A stretch of DNA of 60,979 nucleotides, filler included, from Sphacelaria rigidula (taxonomy: Eukaryota), in assembly GCA_964200075.2 (NCBI GenBank). It is 9 parts of 9 records of this genome, joined end to end, with 100 filler letters (N's around TTAATTAATTAA, not from the genome) between each part and the next. Parts side by side here need not be neighbours in the genome. Positions count along the whole stretch, not along the records: positions 33,936 to 40,621 come from CAXNAA020018629.1; positions 40,722 to 47,407 come from CAXNAA020018630.1; 7 more parts are not named here. One strand, written 5' to 3'. Numbering within the stretch: the first letter of the stretch is position 1; every line of letters starts with the position of its first letter. Both the position numbers and the translations under genes were made by a program. Shown here piece by piece: positions 33,936 to 45,835 of the stretch. The notes under the pieces were generated by a model. It was not told where the DNA came from and ran no database searches. It saw nothing but the letters and a program-made list of their open reading frames with translations.

Positions 33936-36900
33936 TTAATTTGAACATCGTCCAGAACATCACACTTCCATTCCCCCTCCGACGAGGACGCCAGCACCGA
34001 GAAATATGTCTGAGGGGTACGGCCAAACATCACGTGATACGGCGTACTACCGTACCGACGGCGATATGCTGTATTTAGCGCCCATTGCACAGCGGGCAAC
34101 ACGTCCACCCACTCGGTCACCTCTCGACGCTGTTCGAAAAAAACAGAGCGAAGAGCACGAACTACTTCCTTTACTATGCGTTCGCACGTACCGTTCGACC
34201 ACGAAGAATACGCTACCGCAAACCGGTGATCAACGCGCAAAGCCTCTCGCAACCTAGCCAAGACCGCATTCTTGAAATGCGTGGCGGCATCACTCACCCA
34301 CACACGGGACACCCCAAAGTTTTGCCCCAGTTCAGCAAAAACGCAGCAGTCGGTTCAGCAGTACACACTGCTACTGGTTCCAGAGCCACAAAAATGCTCA
34401 AATCATCCATGATCACCAAAATGTATCGGAACCCAGCATCCTCCGACAAACCTTGGGAAGCTAGCGGGTCACTCTCGCCCACGTTGAAGAAGTCAAAATG
34501 AACGACTTCATTCGGCGTGGTCCCATAGACCCTTTCGCCGAGCGGGCGGGGAACAACATCGCCCGCCCTCGAGTCAGCACAGTAAAGACACTGGCGGACA
34601 AATTCGCGCACCTTAGTTTCTATCCCCTGCCAGACACAAAATTCTGCAAGCGCACGAGCGTCTCAGCCACACCACGATAGCCTGCGTCGCGCATGTGCGC
34701 GCAAATAGTCAGACGTACCTGCAACTGCTTGTCAGAACTCGGAATCCACAAAACGCTTCGGCCACGCACATGCACACGAAACAGACCTTCAATGTCCAAG
34801 ATAGCAGTACCAACGTCCGACTCGAAAGATTGCAGATCCGCATCTTCGGCCCCAAGGTCTTTTCGTTGCGCTTGGCGGACAACAGATTTGGACGGCATCG
34901 AGTCATCAGGTTCGCACGGACCATACACAGCCACAGCGCGCGCAGGCAAAGTGGGAAGATTACCCAGCGCGACAGCAAGTCACCCCACGCGTTACGCTCA
35001 CCCGAAATATGACAAATCGTGTACCGATACTGTCCTAATACTCCTTTCCACCCCTCCGATCGCTGTGCCAACGCCTTCGACAGAGACGTCACGCATGCCT
35101 CCGGGTTGAAAATGTACGCTAGATTTCGGTGATCCGTGAAAATGTGTACGCCATTCCACAATAAATGCTCAAGACGACGGAAAGTGCTCACGATAGCAAA
35201 ACCTTCATTGTCAATGGTAGCCCAACGCATCTGTGGATCTTTGAAGTTACCAATGAGAAAGCCAGCGGTTCATCCGTCATGTCTTCAACCGGCAACCGTT
35301 GTTGCATTTCTGCATCAGGCATCTGCGTTACAAAACTACCCCAATGACACTCGGATGCATCCGGAAACATCAGCACCTGGCAACCGGGGCGGGGATGGAA
35401 CAACGTCACGGCATGAGTCACCAGATCCTTCGCTGCGGCCCATGCCTGCAGCCTGTCCTCCGTCCACGAGGCGGGTGGAATAACACGATTTTTTGCCACC
35501 TGCTTCGTGCGCCTTGCAGCCCCCACCATGAGTTACCCTAGGAAACCGCGTAAGGGCGCCACTACTTCGGCCATACGTGGCAACGAGGTACGCAACCAGT
35601 TCATTGCGTGCAAGAATTGCATTAACTCTGCGGCTGTTTCTGGACGCCGCATGTCAGACAAACCTTGCAAGCGAACCGGGTCATGCGAGAAGCGGCCGTG
35701 TGAGTATACTTTCCCACACCTAATTCACTAGCAAAAAAGGTACACTTGTGGGCAGCTGCAAACAGACTAATACTCTCTAAGCGAGCCAAGATTTCATCAA
35801 GCGTATCCAACACTTTGTCTTCCGTATCCGCGAAAAAAAGACATCATCCACCCAAATCTTGCATTTCAAGCCATCTAGAAGGTCTACCATGACACCTTGA
35901 AAATAGGAAGTAGCCTTCAACACGCCTTGCGGTACTCTTTGCGGGGTAAACATGCCAAACGGAGTCGCGATTGTGAATATCTCTTGCGCCTCTTTGGCCA
36001 ACGATATCTGCCAGTACCCCTGTAGGAGGTCCAACTTACCGAAACATCGCGCACTCAACAGGTCTATCATGTCAGATTCCTGATTGGGCATGACACCCGG
36101 CGACTTCTCCACCTGATCATTGACGGCTCCGTAATCGCTGACAAGACGGAAAGAGTCCTTCTTAGGCACCGCCATAGCTGGACTGGACCACACCGCCTGT
36201 AGATTCCTGAACACCAACCCAAACGCCACAAGAGGTCCCATGCAAGACGCTAACCAACTGGACTTTACCGGATCATACCTCCTCGGTTTTGCCTTCACCG
36301 CGGCCGCCCCTGGCTTCAGTGTAACTTTCAGTTCCACGCACGCAGGAGGATCACCCCTCAGCGCACGACGAAACGCGTTAACGTGGCGATACAGTATTCC
36401 ACGCAAGCGCTCCGCTTTTGAGACGGTGAGGCCATTTTCCACAGCATCCGTCACGCTTTCCTCAACCGCAGCCTCTCGCGCGGACTCTTCTTCCGCCGGC
36501 TCCATAAACATATCGGGGCCACGCTCCACCAAGCGTTCCACCGCCTCATCATGCTTCTCGGACACCTGCCCCCACGTCTCCTGGAGAACATCAACCGACA
36601 AGCTCACTCTGCGACTAGCCAAGAAAGCAGGCGTCTCGACGCTCGAACCGGGCGACGGCATTTGCGTTTCAGGGACCCCAACAACCGATCATACGGATCG
36701 ACTCCGAGTCCCCGAAGCGTCGGTAGGCCCAAAAGAACGACACCATCCGCCCCCGGCATGATCGCAAACGATATTGGGGGTAATTTTGCTGGCCCCCGAG
36801 TAGTCAGGAACGCCAACTGTATGGGAATCGTACGCTCCGTCACACTTATACGTGGCCCCGTGGCGGTGATGGCCTGCCGCGCCCCGAGCGAGAACGGAAT

Positions 36901-38259
36901 TCGGATTTGCTCACCGGGGAGTAGACGCCCGAGCATCTCACAATTAGCACCGACATGCTCGTGAAGTGGGCACCTGAATCCAACACCGCATTGACCGATA
37001 GAGCTCCCCGTGCCCGTTGATCGGGCAGATATAACTCGGCAGGGACATAATTTTCTTGGTCCTCGACCGGCACCTGCACCATCGACTGATGGGTCGTAAT
37101 CCCCACTTGGCGCCACGGCTGCGCGCGCGGCGCAGGCAGAGACGCCCACGCTGGGGTCACCGGCACCGCCGGCGGGTACGAATCCCCGCCCGCAGAACCA
37201 AATTGCAGCGGTACCCTGGCCGACGCAGCAGCGGATCCAAATTTCAGCTGAAAATCGGCTGGCTCCGCAGCCGGCATCTCGCCCTGCTCTGTTGCCGGCG
37301 GCGCCGGCACCGAGGCCGACACTAGAGAGGTCGGGTCCACCTGCACCACCCGTTGTGGAGCAGGAGCTCCTGCAGCTGAGCCGGACCCAGAGCCGGACCC
37401 CTGCTGCTGCTGCTGCTGCTGGGAACTCGACTGTGCACCTCCACCGCTGGATGATCTGCCGCCGCCGCCACCACGACTACCTCGTCTTTTGCCCTTGTGT
37501 TGACGATGCTGATGGCGCGCGTCACTCATCTGCCCAGACTCCCCCTCCGAAGGTGTTGGGCACTTCCGTGCGATGTGACCTACCTGGCCACACTGATTGC
37601 AGTTATTATTGTAGGCGGCACTGCCTGCGGATTTTGATCCGCGGCTACGCGAGCTCGAAGACTGCGGCGACGAAGTGGGTGAGTTTCCGAATACTTTGAC
37701 CCGCCGCCATGCCTGAGCTTCAGCCACCACGGAATCCATGACTAAATACGGGTCCGACCTCCAATTGTTTCGTGCTGTAACTGTACAAGCACGGCCTGCT
37801 TGAATTCCGCCGGTGACAGACCCTCCACCATCGCTTTGGTGACCACCGCAGCGCGCCCTGGGCGAAATTTCCCATCGGACGAACGATAAGTCACCTCTAC
37901 GTTGGGATTTTCCGAAAAATGCGTCTCCCACTTACCTAGCCCTTGTGATTCATTGCGACAGCCTTCGCCACGGCCGCGGACGCCTGAGTATGCTCTACCT
38001 CCGGTCCTGCCGCATGCCCTGCGTGCTTCTTTATCGCTGCGGCCAACTGCAGCGACGTTATGGTGTGCTGTTCGTGGAACCTTCTCGCGAAGACGCGTTG
38101 CAAGGGGGTAGGCACTAGTTGCGCCATAGAAACCACCTGATGCCTCACCGCACCCCCTGCATTCGCATTCTCCACTCTCCTTTTGTCTTCCATGTATTTC
38201 GTGTAAAACGATCGAGAGACACCCTCAGTATACAACCTCCCGCAACTGGGCAGCCGCAA
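33936..38259 (-). pseudogene. Gypsy A gag-pol, frameshifted
   Basis: Zinc knuckle CNQCGQVGHIARKC (~37560-37605); protease VLDSGA (~36980); RT LDLLQGYWQ, VPQG, KIWVDD; RNase H FPDAS, FTDHRNL; integrase HFDF, VSDAATHF, NGTCE. Confidence 0.95.
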
Positions 38260-38648
38260 CTCTTCCCTTAGAACGACTTGGGTTACGGTCGTTTTCCGCT
38301 GGCTCTATTGCCGGTACCTCAGCAGTCGACATTCTCGAGCGGAAAGTCAAAGATTTGTGAAACCTTCTCGAACTTCAGTTCACACCTGCTTTCTTCGCCA
38401 CTCCACACAGCCCTGGGATCCTATAAACACACGCTGTACGCAGCTCCAGCAAGCCTCCAGTCTGGATCAATCACGGGCCAGCCACCTCTGCAGCTACCTC
38501 AGCTTGAAACTTCCTCACGCGTCCGTGAAGTTCTGTGCCCGAAGCTAATCACAAGCTGTCCAGACCCCTCCCTGCTGAAAACGTTTCAGCAGTCTCAAAC
38601 GATAGCACCAAGTAGCACGCCTATCACTAGTAGCACTAATACCGATAT

Positions 38649-38897
38649 TGTGACGCTAGCAGGTTGCTAGTACTGCAGCGTCTAAATGCTATTTAGGGAC
38701 TCTCCAGCTCCACTGGCCTCAAGGTCTCAAATGTCAGCCTTCACAACACCTTATCATTACCGGAGTCAACATCTGCAGCCCCGTACCATCAGGCCTGGGC
38801 TACACCGCAAGGGTCATCATCCACAGGATGCCCTTGTCCCCTGGTCATCATCCAGGACCCACTATATACTCAACCGTGACGGCATGATTTCGCCACA
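38649..38897 (-). repeat. 5' LTR of gypsy family A (249 bp)
   Basis: TGTGACG...CGCCACA termini; homologous to 3443-3701 at both ends, divergent in the middle. Confidence 0.9.
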
Positions 38898-39236
38898 GCT
38901 TCTTTCGATGTCCGATATAGACACGGAAACCGTACACCACACAGTGAAGGCAGCCCACGCTGAATAGAACTATCTAAGAGCAGGGTAGGTTCGCCAAGTA
39001 ACCATGCCCTTCCCGCCACAGTTCATGATGCTTACCACAGTGACCTATCGCCCGGGCGACGAAAACGTCGGCGGGGGGCAGAAGACGACACGCAAATGAA
39101 ACATAGCCGGTAACGGTGCATTTTTCGCTATGAAGTATATTTTAGAGCTGTCTTTTCAGAGTGAGAGTCCCGTTTGCACCTCCTCACTCTGAAAACCGTT
39201 GTGCATCTTCATAGTTCATAACAATGTATTGCTTGA

Positions 39237-39826
39237 GAGGACCACGTGCTTAGTGGACCGCATCGGAATTAGAAAAAAAAACCTAGGGTGAGGGTGAGGG
39301 TTAGTGTCAGTGTTGGGGTTAGGGTCGAGGCGTGATCTCTGCAGGGATCCGCCCGATTGGTTTCGAGAAACGTCGACCGTGAGGTGTTTTGAACTAGGGT
39401 GCGGTTCCCTCTGCACGCCGTCCCCTCACGCATTACAGCGGAAAGAAGAAGAACGCCCACCTTCACCATCATGATCACGGTCAGTTCAAAATCAATATAT
39501 TCTCACAAGCAAAGTGGGACATCCATCACAACTATCATGCTCTTCACAGTGGACCATTCACGAAGTAAAAACGCTTTGCATCGCAATCAGAAGATCTCAC
39601 TGACGCGGCCACGATATCAGCATTCGCTTGGCTGCGCTGAGCGAAAATTCAAACGCTCGGCGGATACCTGCCGTTTCCTTGTGTGCAGTTCCTCATTTTT
39701 GCCAGCTGAAGCTGTAGGACGACGGTGTGAAGGATTCGTAGTCTATAAAATGCGGGCGAGGACCGCGTGCTTGAAGGACCGCATCGGAATTTCAACATTC
39801 CTATGGTTGGGGTTAGTATTAGGGTT
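39237..39826. repeat. Two direct copies (39237-39325, 39758-39826) of a motif followed by degenerate (TTAGGG)n-like repeats
   Basis: GAGGACC.CGTGCTT...GGACCGCATCGGAATT then TAGGGTGAGGGTGAGGGTTAG / GGGGTTAG..TTAGGGTT. Confidence 0.7.
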
Positions 39827-40721
39827 ACAGTTGCTGGTTCTGCGCTCGGGAGGCAGCTGAAACGTTTTTACGTGGCAAGGATCAGGATCAAGCACGTGAT
39901 TGTGCCAAGCACACGGAAACTGTCATCAGCGGCTGGCCGGCGCGCCGCGGCTGCAACATCCGCTGATAGCCAAAGCGGCGCACCCAACAAAAATGCAATG
40001 CCCCGAGGCTGTTGGCGCCGTTTGGGTCGAGGTCGTCATATGTGTGATGCTCATGTCAATCCTACGGCGGCAGTAAGTACTGCTCCACAGAAATCTCTGC
40101 TTCAAGGGGAGGGGAATTTCAAGTTGACGTATTTATATGGATATTTGCCTGAAGAAGAGCCGGATGCCCAGTTGGTGGAGTTGCCGCTGGAGCAGCGTGT
40201 AGCTGTGGACACGCCGTGCATGCTCGAACCAGCAGGAGTGTGTGACCCGCGTGAAGCGGGTAGGCAGAGCGAGCTTCAGGCTTGTGATACTATCAGCGGT
40301 TATAATTCCTACAGCGGCGTCGAGCGTTGCGTATTGTTGAGGTGGCCGTATGCACTTCTGTTTACATGGACAGGTTTGTCGTGCTTGGCGGCGTTGATGG
40401 AGGTGTCTCTGCCGCTGCGCGGCCAGGTGCTTGAGGAGGATGGTGTGATGCCATCGGGAGGTGTTGCTGTGCAGGACTGTATGGCTTTTCCTGTTTCGCC
40501 TCTCGTTCCCCTTAGAAACGACTGAAGCACGAGCGTTCCTGAATGCTCGAGCATCTATGGGGGGGGGGGGGGGGGGGGGGGACCAAGAAGTATTTTGTAA
40601 AGGGAAAAAAGACGTGTTACCNNNNNNNNNNNNNNNNNNNNNNNNNNNNNNNNNNNNNNNNNNNNTTAATTAATTAANNNNNNNNNNNNNNNNNNNNNNN
40701 NNNNNNNNNNNNNNNNNNNNN

Positions 40722-41383
40722 AGTGTGGGGAAAGCACTGTTTTAGGCTTGAGCCTCATCTCGAAGTTAAACCTCAATTCTCACAATTTGTTGTTAGTATG
40801 TTTTTGGTCACACAACACTGGCACAATCTCCACGAGTTATCACTGCGGAACATTGCTTGGGGTCAGCATTTTTTGTATGCGAGCACTCCGAGAGGTCGCC
40901 CGAAAGTGAATATGGCGATGAGTGCTAGAACGCACGTCGGAACGACGCAACAAAGTAGCGCATTCCGTCCTAAACATCACCCCCCACACACATGGAAGGT
41001 TCACCCTTCGTCATGCCTTCCACATCACACCCTGCAGGTTGGTTTCTGCTGTGAGCGCACTTCATCACACCGACGACGTTATCACCCTCCCAATTCCGGG
41101 CATACACGGCTATTTCTGTGAGCGCACTTCATCGCACGGGCGACATCATCACACCCCTGTGTTATCACACCCCCGTGTGGGGGGTGTTAGTAGCGCACTT
41201 TATCACACAGGACATTTTCACACCCCCTTATTATCACACCCCCGCGTATAGGGTCCTACGGGTGTACTTCATCATACAGGTGACAGAAGATAACACACCC
41301 TCTACAGAATGACACACCCGTGTGATAAATGTTTAGCGCCCGAAATGTTATCACACGGGTGTGGCATCTTATGCAACCTACGG
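40722..41383. mobile_element. One end of a CCGTA-terminal, TA-flanked MITE related to 24542-25469
   Basis: Ends ...ATGCAACCTACGG|TA (reverse complement CCGTAGGTTGC vs CCGTAAGTTGC), with an array of ATCACAC subterminal repeats at ~40975-41360. Other end not seen. Confidence 0.65.
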
Positions 41384-43509
41384 TAGTCATGTATACCTTA
41401 CTAATGCAGTCTGCACCAAAGTGCAAAAGCATCCCATAAAAAATGTGTCACACATGATGCAGTTATTTGACGCAGTACGAAAAGCAAGGGTCATTTTGAT
41501 GTTTAGCCAAAAGATCACAATGCTCACACGTTAATATATATATATATATATCCTTAACACCGCCTTGTGACTAACCTGAGAACTTAGCCCTACTCCGGTG
41601 TCTGCGGAACCGAAGGCATCCCAGAACCCGGGCAGGAATGATCCAGGCGCCCGTGGACCGATCAGTGTCCCAGTGCCCAGCCATGCATACCAGCAGATGC
41701 AACCAGCACCCAAGTGCAAATACAATACATCTGATGGAAGCATGTCACATATGACAGCTACAGGACAGAGAAAGCAAAAGTTAGAGGATTTGGAATACAT
41801 GCGCTGTTACTGACCACAGGTGGCGAAAATTTACTGGGGGTGTTTACTGAATACCACAGTATCGAAAAAGGCTGCATTTGCGATTAGTGGTGGCGTAACT
41901 CAAACAATGATTGCCACTCAAAGAAATTTCCGCGATCATATCATCAGCGAAGCTGATAATCGCCTCGTCCCACCAGCCATTGTCCCGATGGGCTTGAGGC
42001 GCATAAAGGGGGGGGGGATGTGAAAGATACCTCTTTGCAGTGACATATCAGGACTAATGCCGAGATGGCCCCCCCGCCGAACCGGCCAAAAACGTGCACA
42101 GAGGTGATGGTCATAAGTACCGTTAGAGCCGGTTTTGTGCTGCACGAAGCGACTCCTTTGGGCGTTCTAGCTATTTCCGGACTGCTACACGCCTCTCAAG
42201 TGGGCGAAATAGCTGCAAAGGAGCCCAATAGTGGAATTGCAGCCTCTATCCATTCGCTCGCCTTTGGCCATTTTGGTGGCATGTCCAAAATGTCTGTCAT
42301 CCGGGAACCAGCATGATATAGTGGTGCTAGCCTTCCTGAGAGTAAATTCGAGCCCACTACGCCGCCCGGTACATGTGCCTGAAGCCGATGCGAGCAGCGG
42401 CAAATTAGTCATAATAAAATGAAGCCGTTCATGCCGATTACATGGGCATTACCACGTATTAAAGACTTTTATTGAGAGGCAGCATCACAACCTGAAAGCG
42501 CCATGCCCACTCCACACAAGCCATCCGAGGAGCATGTCCTTGCTAACCCTTGTCAAACATCGAAAACTGCACAGTACATATTTGTCGGCACGGCCTACGG
42601 GCCAAGGCATCAAGGGGTGGGACAGCCACCGTATGTATCCTGCAAAACGAAACTCCGAGACGTTCGCGGACGTCTCGGGACACGAAGCAGCCTTGCTTCC
42701 TTTCTTCTGCTTAGGAATTCAATCAATTGCACTACACAGTGGGGGAACTCCTACTCAGCCCTGGCCGGTCCAACTCCCGCCCTGAGTCGTACGTCTACTC
42801 TCTAGACCTTCCTTCCTGTTGCGCCACATGACGGCATCTGCGTCAGTCGTCGGGAACTTCGCTTTTCCACCCCAAACTAATTGGAGTAGGGATCGATCCC
42901 CATCCCTGGGGGGAAACATGTACTGTCTTGATACAGCGTCATCAAAGTCGGACGAGGACAGCTTACATTTACCCACCCTCTTCTGGGGCATGGTCCAGTA
43001 AATGGTATGTATCCTTTCGAATGCGGTCGCCGACGTACAGGTTGCGAACAAGTGGGGTTCATGGCTCCTTGTAGAATCGTCACGACCCACTGCCTTGCGC
43101 ATTTCAGAAACCGCCGCCTTCCACACGTCCGCCTCCTTATCGGAAATCAATCCCCGGGAGATCTTTGTGCGGGTATTCTCTATGATCTCCCGCTTTTTCT
43201 CCGGAATACTGCGGTGCAAACGTTGGGATGCGGACGAACACCGGCGTCATGAAGTATTTGGTGGCAGCCCGCGTTATGAAATGATCTATGCAGAAAAAAT
43301 GGAGTTTCAGGATGTTCATTCAGGGAAACTAAATGGCGCCGACTCGGTTTCAGAAGCCGGATGCGTTACATTTTTTCAACATTTCTCGCAGGACGGGCAC
43401 CGCTATATCCCATCACGTTATCCGTTCGCACATGCATTTTGTCTCAAGTTTCGACATTCGTCCGACAATCATATTCCCATGAAATGTGTGCACTGTAACA
43501 TATCCTCAC

Positions 43510-44264
43510 CCTTCAGGAGGGTGCACGGGACTTGCACTAGCCAAAGCGCCGCCAGAGTCTAGTGCGATATGATTGTCTGCCCTGTCATCTCTAACAACGT
43601 CGATGACAGTCCCCTCGGCTTCTGGCTGGGATGGTGAAGCGGGTTCACTCGAGTTGTCATCTTCATCAGATGAAAATACGCCATCTTCCTTGCGTCTTCT
43701 GTTGATGGAAACCGTAGCGCCGTTCTCCTTGGGATCACTGTCGCAGCTCTTCTCTTCACGGTCACCGTCACCGCCGCGATCCCTGTCGGGGAGCCCGCCT
43801 CCATCAGATTCTTCTTGTCTTGTGCGGCGACGTTCCTCACACTCCGCACCGCCGGCATTGTTGCGGTTGTTGTCGCTATTCCCACGATCGGCACCGTGAA
43901 CTGCAACAGTGCCTTCGTCCGAGATGTCAGGTAATGGCGATTGTGGAGGAGGTGCGGACGAAGGCTTTTTCTGAGGGGCGGGGACCTTTCGGCGTTTGCC
44001 CTCCTTTCTCCGCTTATGGGTAATAGGGCGTACGCCTGCGCCACTTCTCTTGCCGACGGCATGACTACCCGCCGATCCGCCGCTGCCGGAACGCGCAAAG
44101 CTGATGTAGTCCTCTCCGCCTCCGCCCCCACCTCGAGCCCCATCCAGTCGGGTATTCCGAGCGTCATCGGCATCGCTGCCGTCGGCGTTGTCCATACCAC
44201 GGCCGTGAGACTCAACAGGCTCAATACCGTCGCCGGGGCCGGGATTCCTCCATATCAATTCCAA
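43510..44264 (-). CDS. Putative low-complexity exon with basic NLS-like clusters, from a decayed gene inside the GACTA element
   Basis: ~250-codon G/S/D/E/R-rich frame (HKRRKEGKRRK) ending at a GG|GTGAGG donor; function unknown. Confidence 0.5.
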
Positions 44265-45574
44265 TCAGCGCGGTAGAGTTACGCCGCAGCTGAACATGGA
44301 GACGTTGTACGTCAGGATATAGATTAGCATGGTATATTGTTACCGACATTTACAATTAATCGTATTACAGTTCATAATCGTGCGACGAGCGGAGGCATGG
44401 GGCTAGCGGGATGCCCTTCGAGAGACTATCAAGTATCGCGTGCCTGTGGGTCTAACTAGCGAGGTATTGCTCACCAATCATGCCATAAGTGAGAGGTCGT
44501 AACACACAAGCATATGACCCCAAAAAATCGAAGTATCACCGTGGAGTGGAGAATGCTGTGATATCTCCGGGATGAGCTGTACACTGCATCGGCGCACATT
44601 TGTAGCACGCTCAACGAGCTCCCATATCCGTTGAGAACATGACACCAGATGTCGGCACTCACATCTCGACCCGGCGTCGTTTTTCTCCGTACTCGATATA
44701 TTGCCCCCGCTTGTTGATGTTGTACAAAATGCTACATCGCGAAATTCATGTCCTGGTCGGTCCTAGAAACAGATTGTACGCTGATGGCAGTTGACTATGC
44801 CGTGTGCGTAGTGCAACCATCACCGTCAAGACTCCAGTCACGAACAACCGCCATCAAAATATACTTGGCTGTCGCATCCGGTGTCAACATGGACATATCC
44901 GTCACAAGTGCCAACAGTCCTCATGACAACAAACAATTGTCATCAATCGTCGTTCGTCAGGTTGTACTTAGGGAGTACCTGCCGCTCGTGTAATATGCAC
45001 CACACCACACTGGTGCTTACATGTGTCTGGTTTCGAAAATCGGCTTGAAGCTGTCCGATGCATCGATTTCGGTATATACGGGTTTCAATGAACTGCTGAA
45101 GTGTTGCACGCCGCTAGATTCGGTGAACCGGTTGGAATGTGGGGTCATCGGTAGATAGGCATCCTCAACGATGTAGGATCTTGCGGACCGGTATCATCAC
45201 TACATGGTTGGTTTCGGAAATCAGCTTAACTGTGCCGCATATGCCATTGGAGACACTTGCAATGAATCTCGCCGTCGAAATTACTATCTCACATCTGGTT
45301 TCCTAGCGTTCTTAATAACCGGGCCACCCGCACAACCCCGTGAGCATGAGGTAAACGTTATCGCCCCGTGTATCGGAGGGTGTCACTGATATCAGAAGTC
45401 GACGTGAATGTGTTGTCTGTGTGCGTAAGGAATAAGTTGAAGCGTAACAGCTCCGGTAAATTCCATGTGTGACAGCGGATTCCAGTATTCCATCGTGTCG
45501 CAGTGCAATGTAGACAAGATGCCGGTGCATGCACGTCGATGGGATGAACCGTCATCGAGATGCTGACAGGAACT

Positions 45575-45835
45575 TGGTTTTGAAAATCGGCCGATGTGTG
45601 TTATGAATTGAATTCCGCCACGAAGCCGGTAGTGTGCCGTAACGCGTATGGGGAGCTGGTTTTGAAAACCGGCCGATGTGTGTCATGAATTGAATTCCTC
45701 CACGAAGCTGGTTGGGTGCTGTAGCGTGTACGGGGAGCTGGTTTTGAAACCCGGTCGATGTGTGTAACGAAATGAATTCCGCCACGGAGCCAGTCGTGTG
45801 CTGTAGCGCTTACGGGGAGCTGGTTTTGAAAACCG
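45575..45835. repeat. Minisatellite, 82-bp period, ~3.2 copies
   Basis: TGGTTTTGAAA recurs at 45575, 45657, 45739 and 45821, with the intervening sequence conserved. Confidence 0.95.

Larger units (their letters stand above)
33936..38897 (-). mobile_element. Ty3/gypsy family A, copy 2 (5' LTR, gag, protease, RT, RNase H, integrase; 3' end cut by the contig end)
   Basis: 5' LTR 38649-38897 followed by CGGTATTAGTGC, loosely resembling a tRNA-iMet PBS; gag-pol motifs in gypsy order. Confidence 0.96.

Noticed and set aside
3443..38897. One giant element bounded by the LTRs at 3443-3701 and 38649-38897
   Set aside because: Different contigs, overlapping pol content, divergent LTR interiors and no shared TSD (CGGCT vs GCTTC).
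39767..40525. 252-aa ORF, with a possible exon at ~40091-40260
   Set aside because: Starts in repeat sequence and has no identifiable domain; it may hold a real exon but this cannot be supported.
45575..45835. CRISPR-like array (82-bp period)
   Set aside because: The whole unit is conserved with no unique spacers, there are no cas genes, and the context is eukaryotic; it is a minisatellite.
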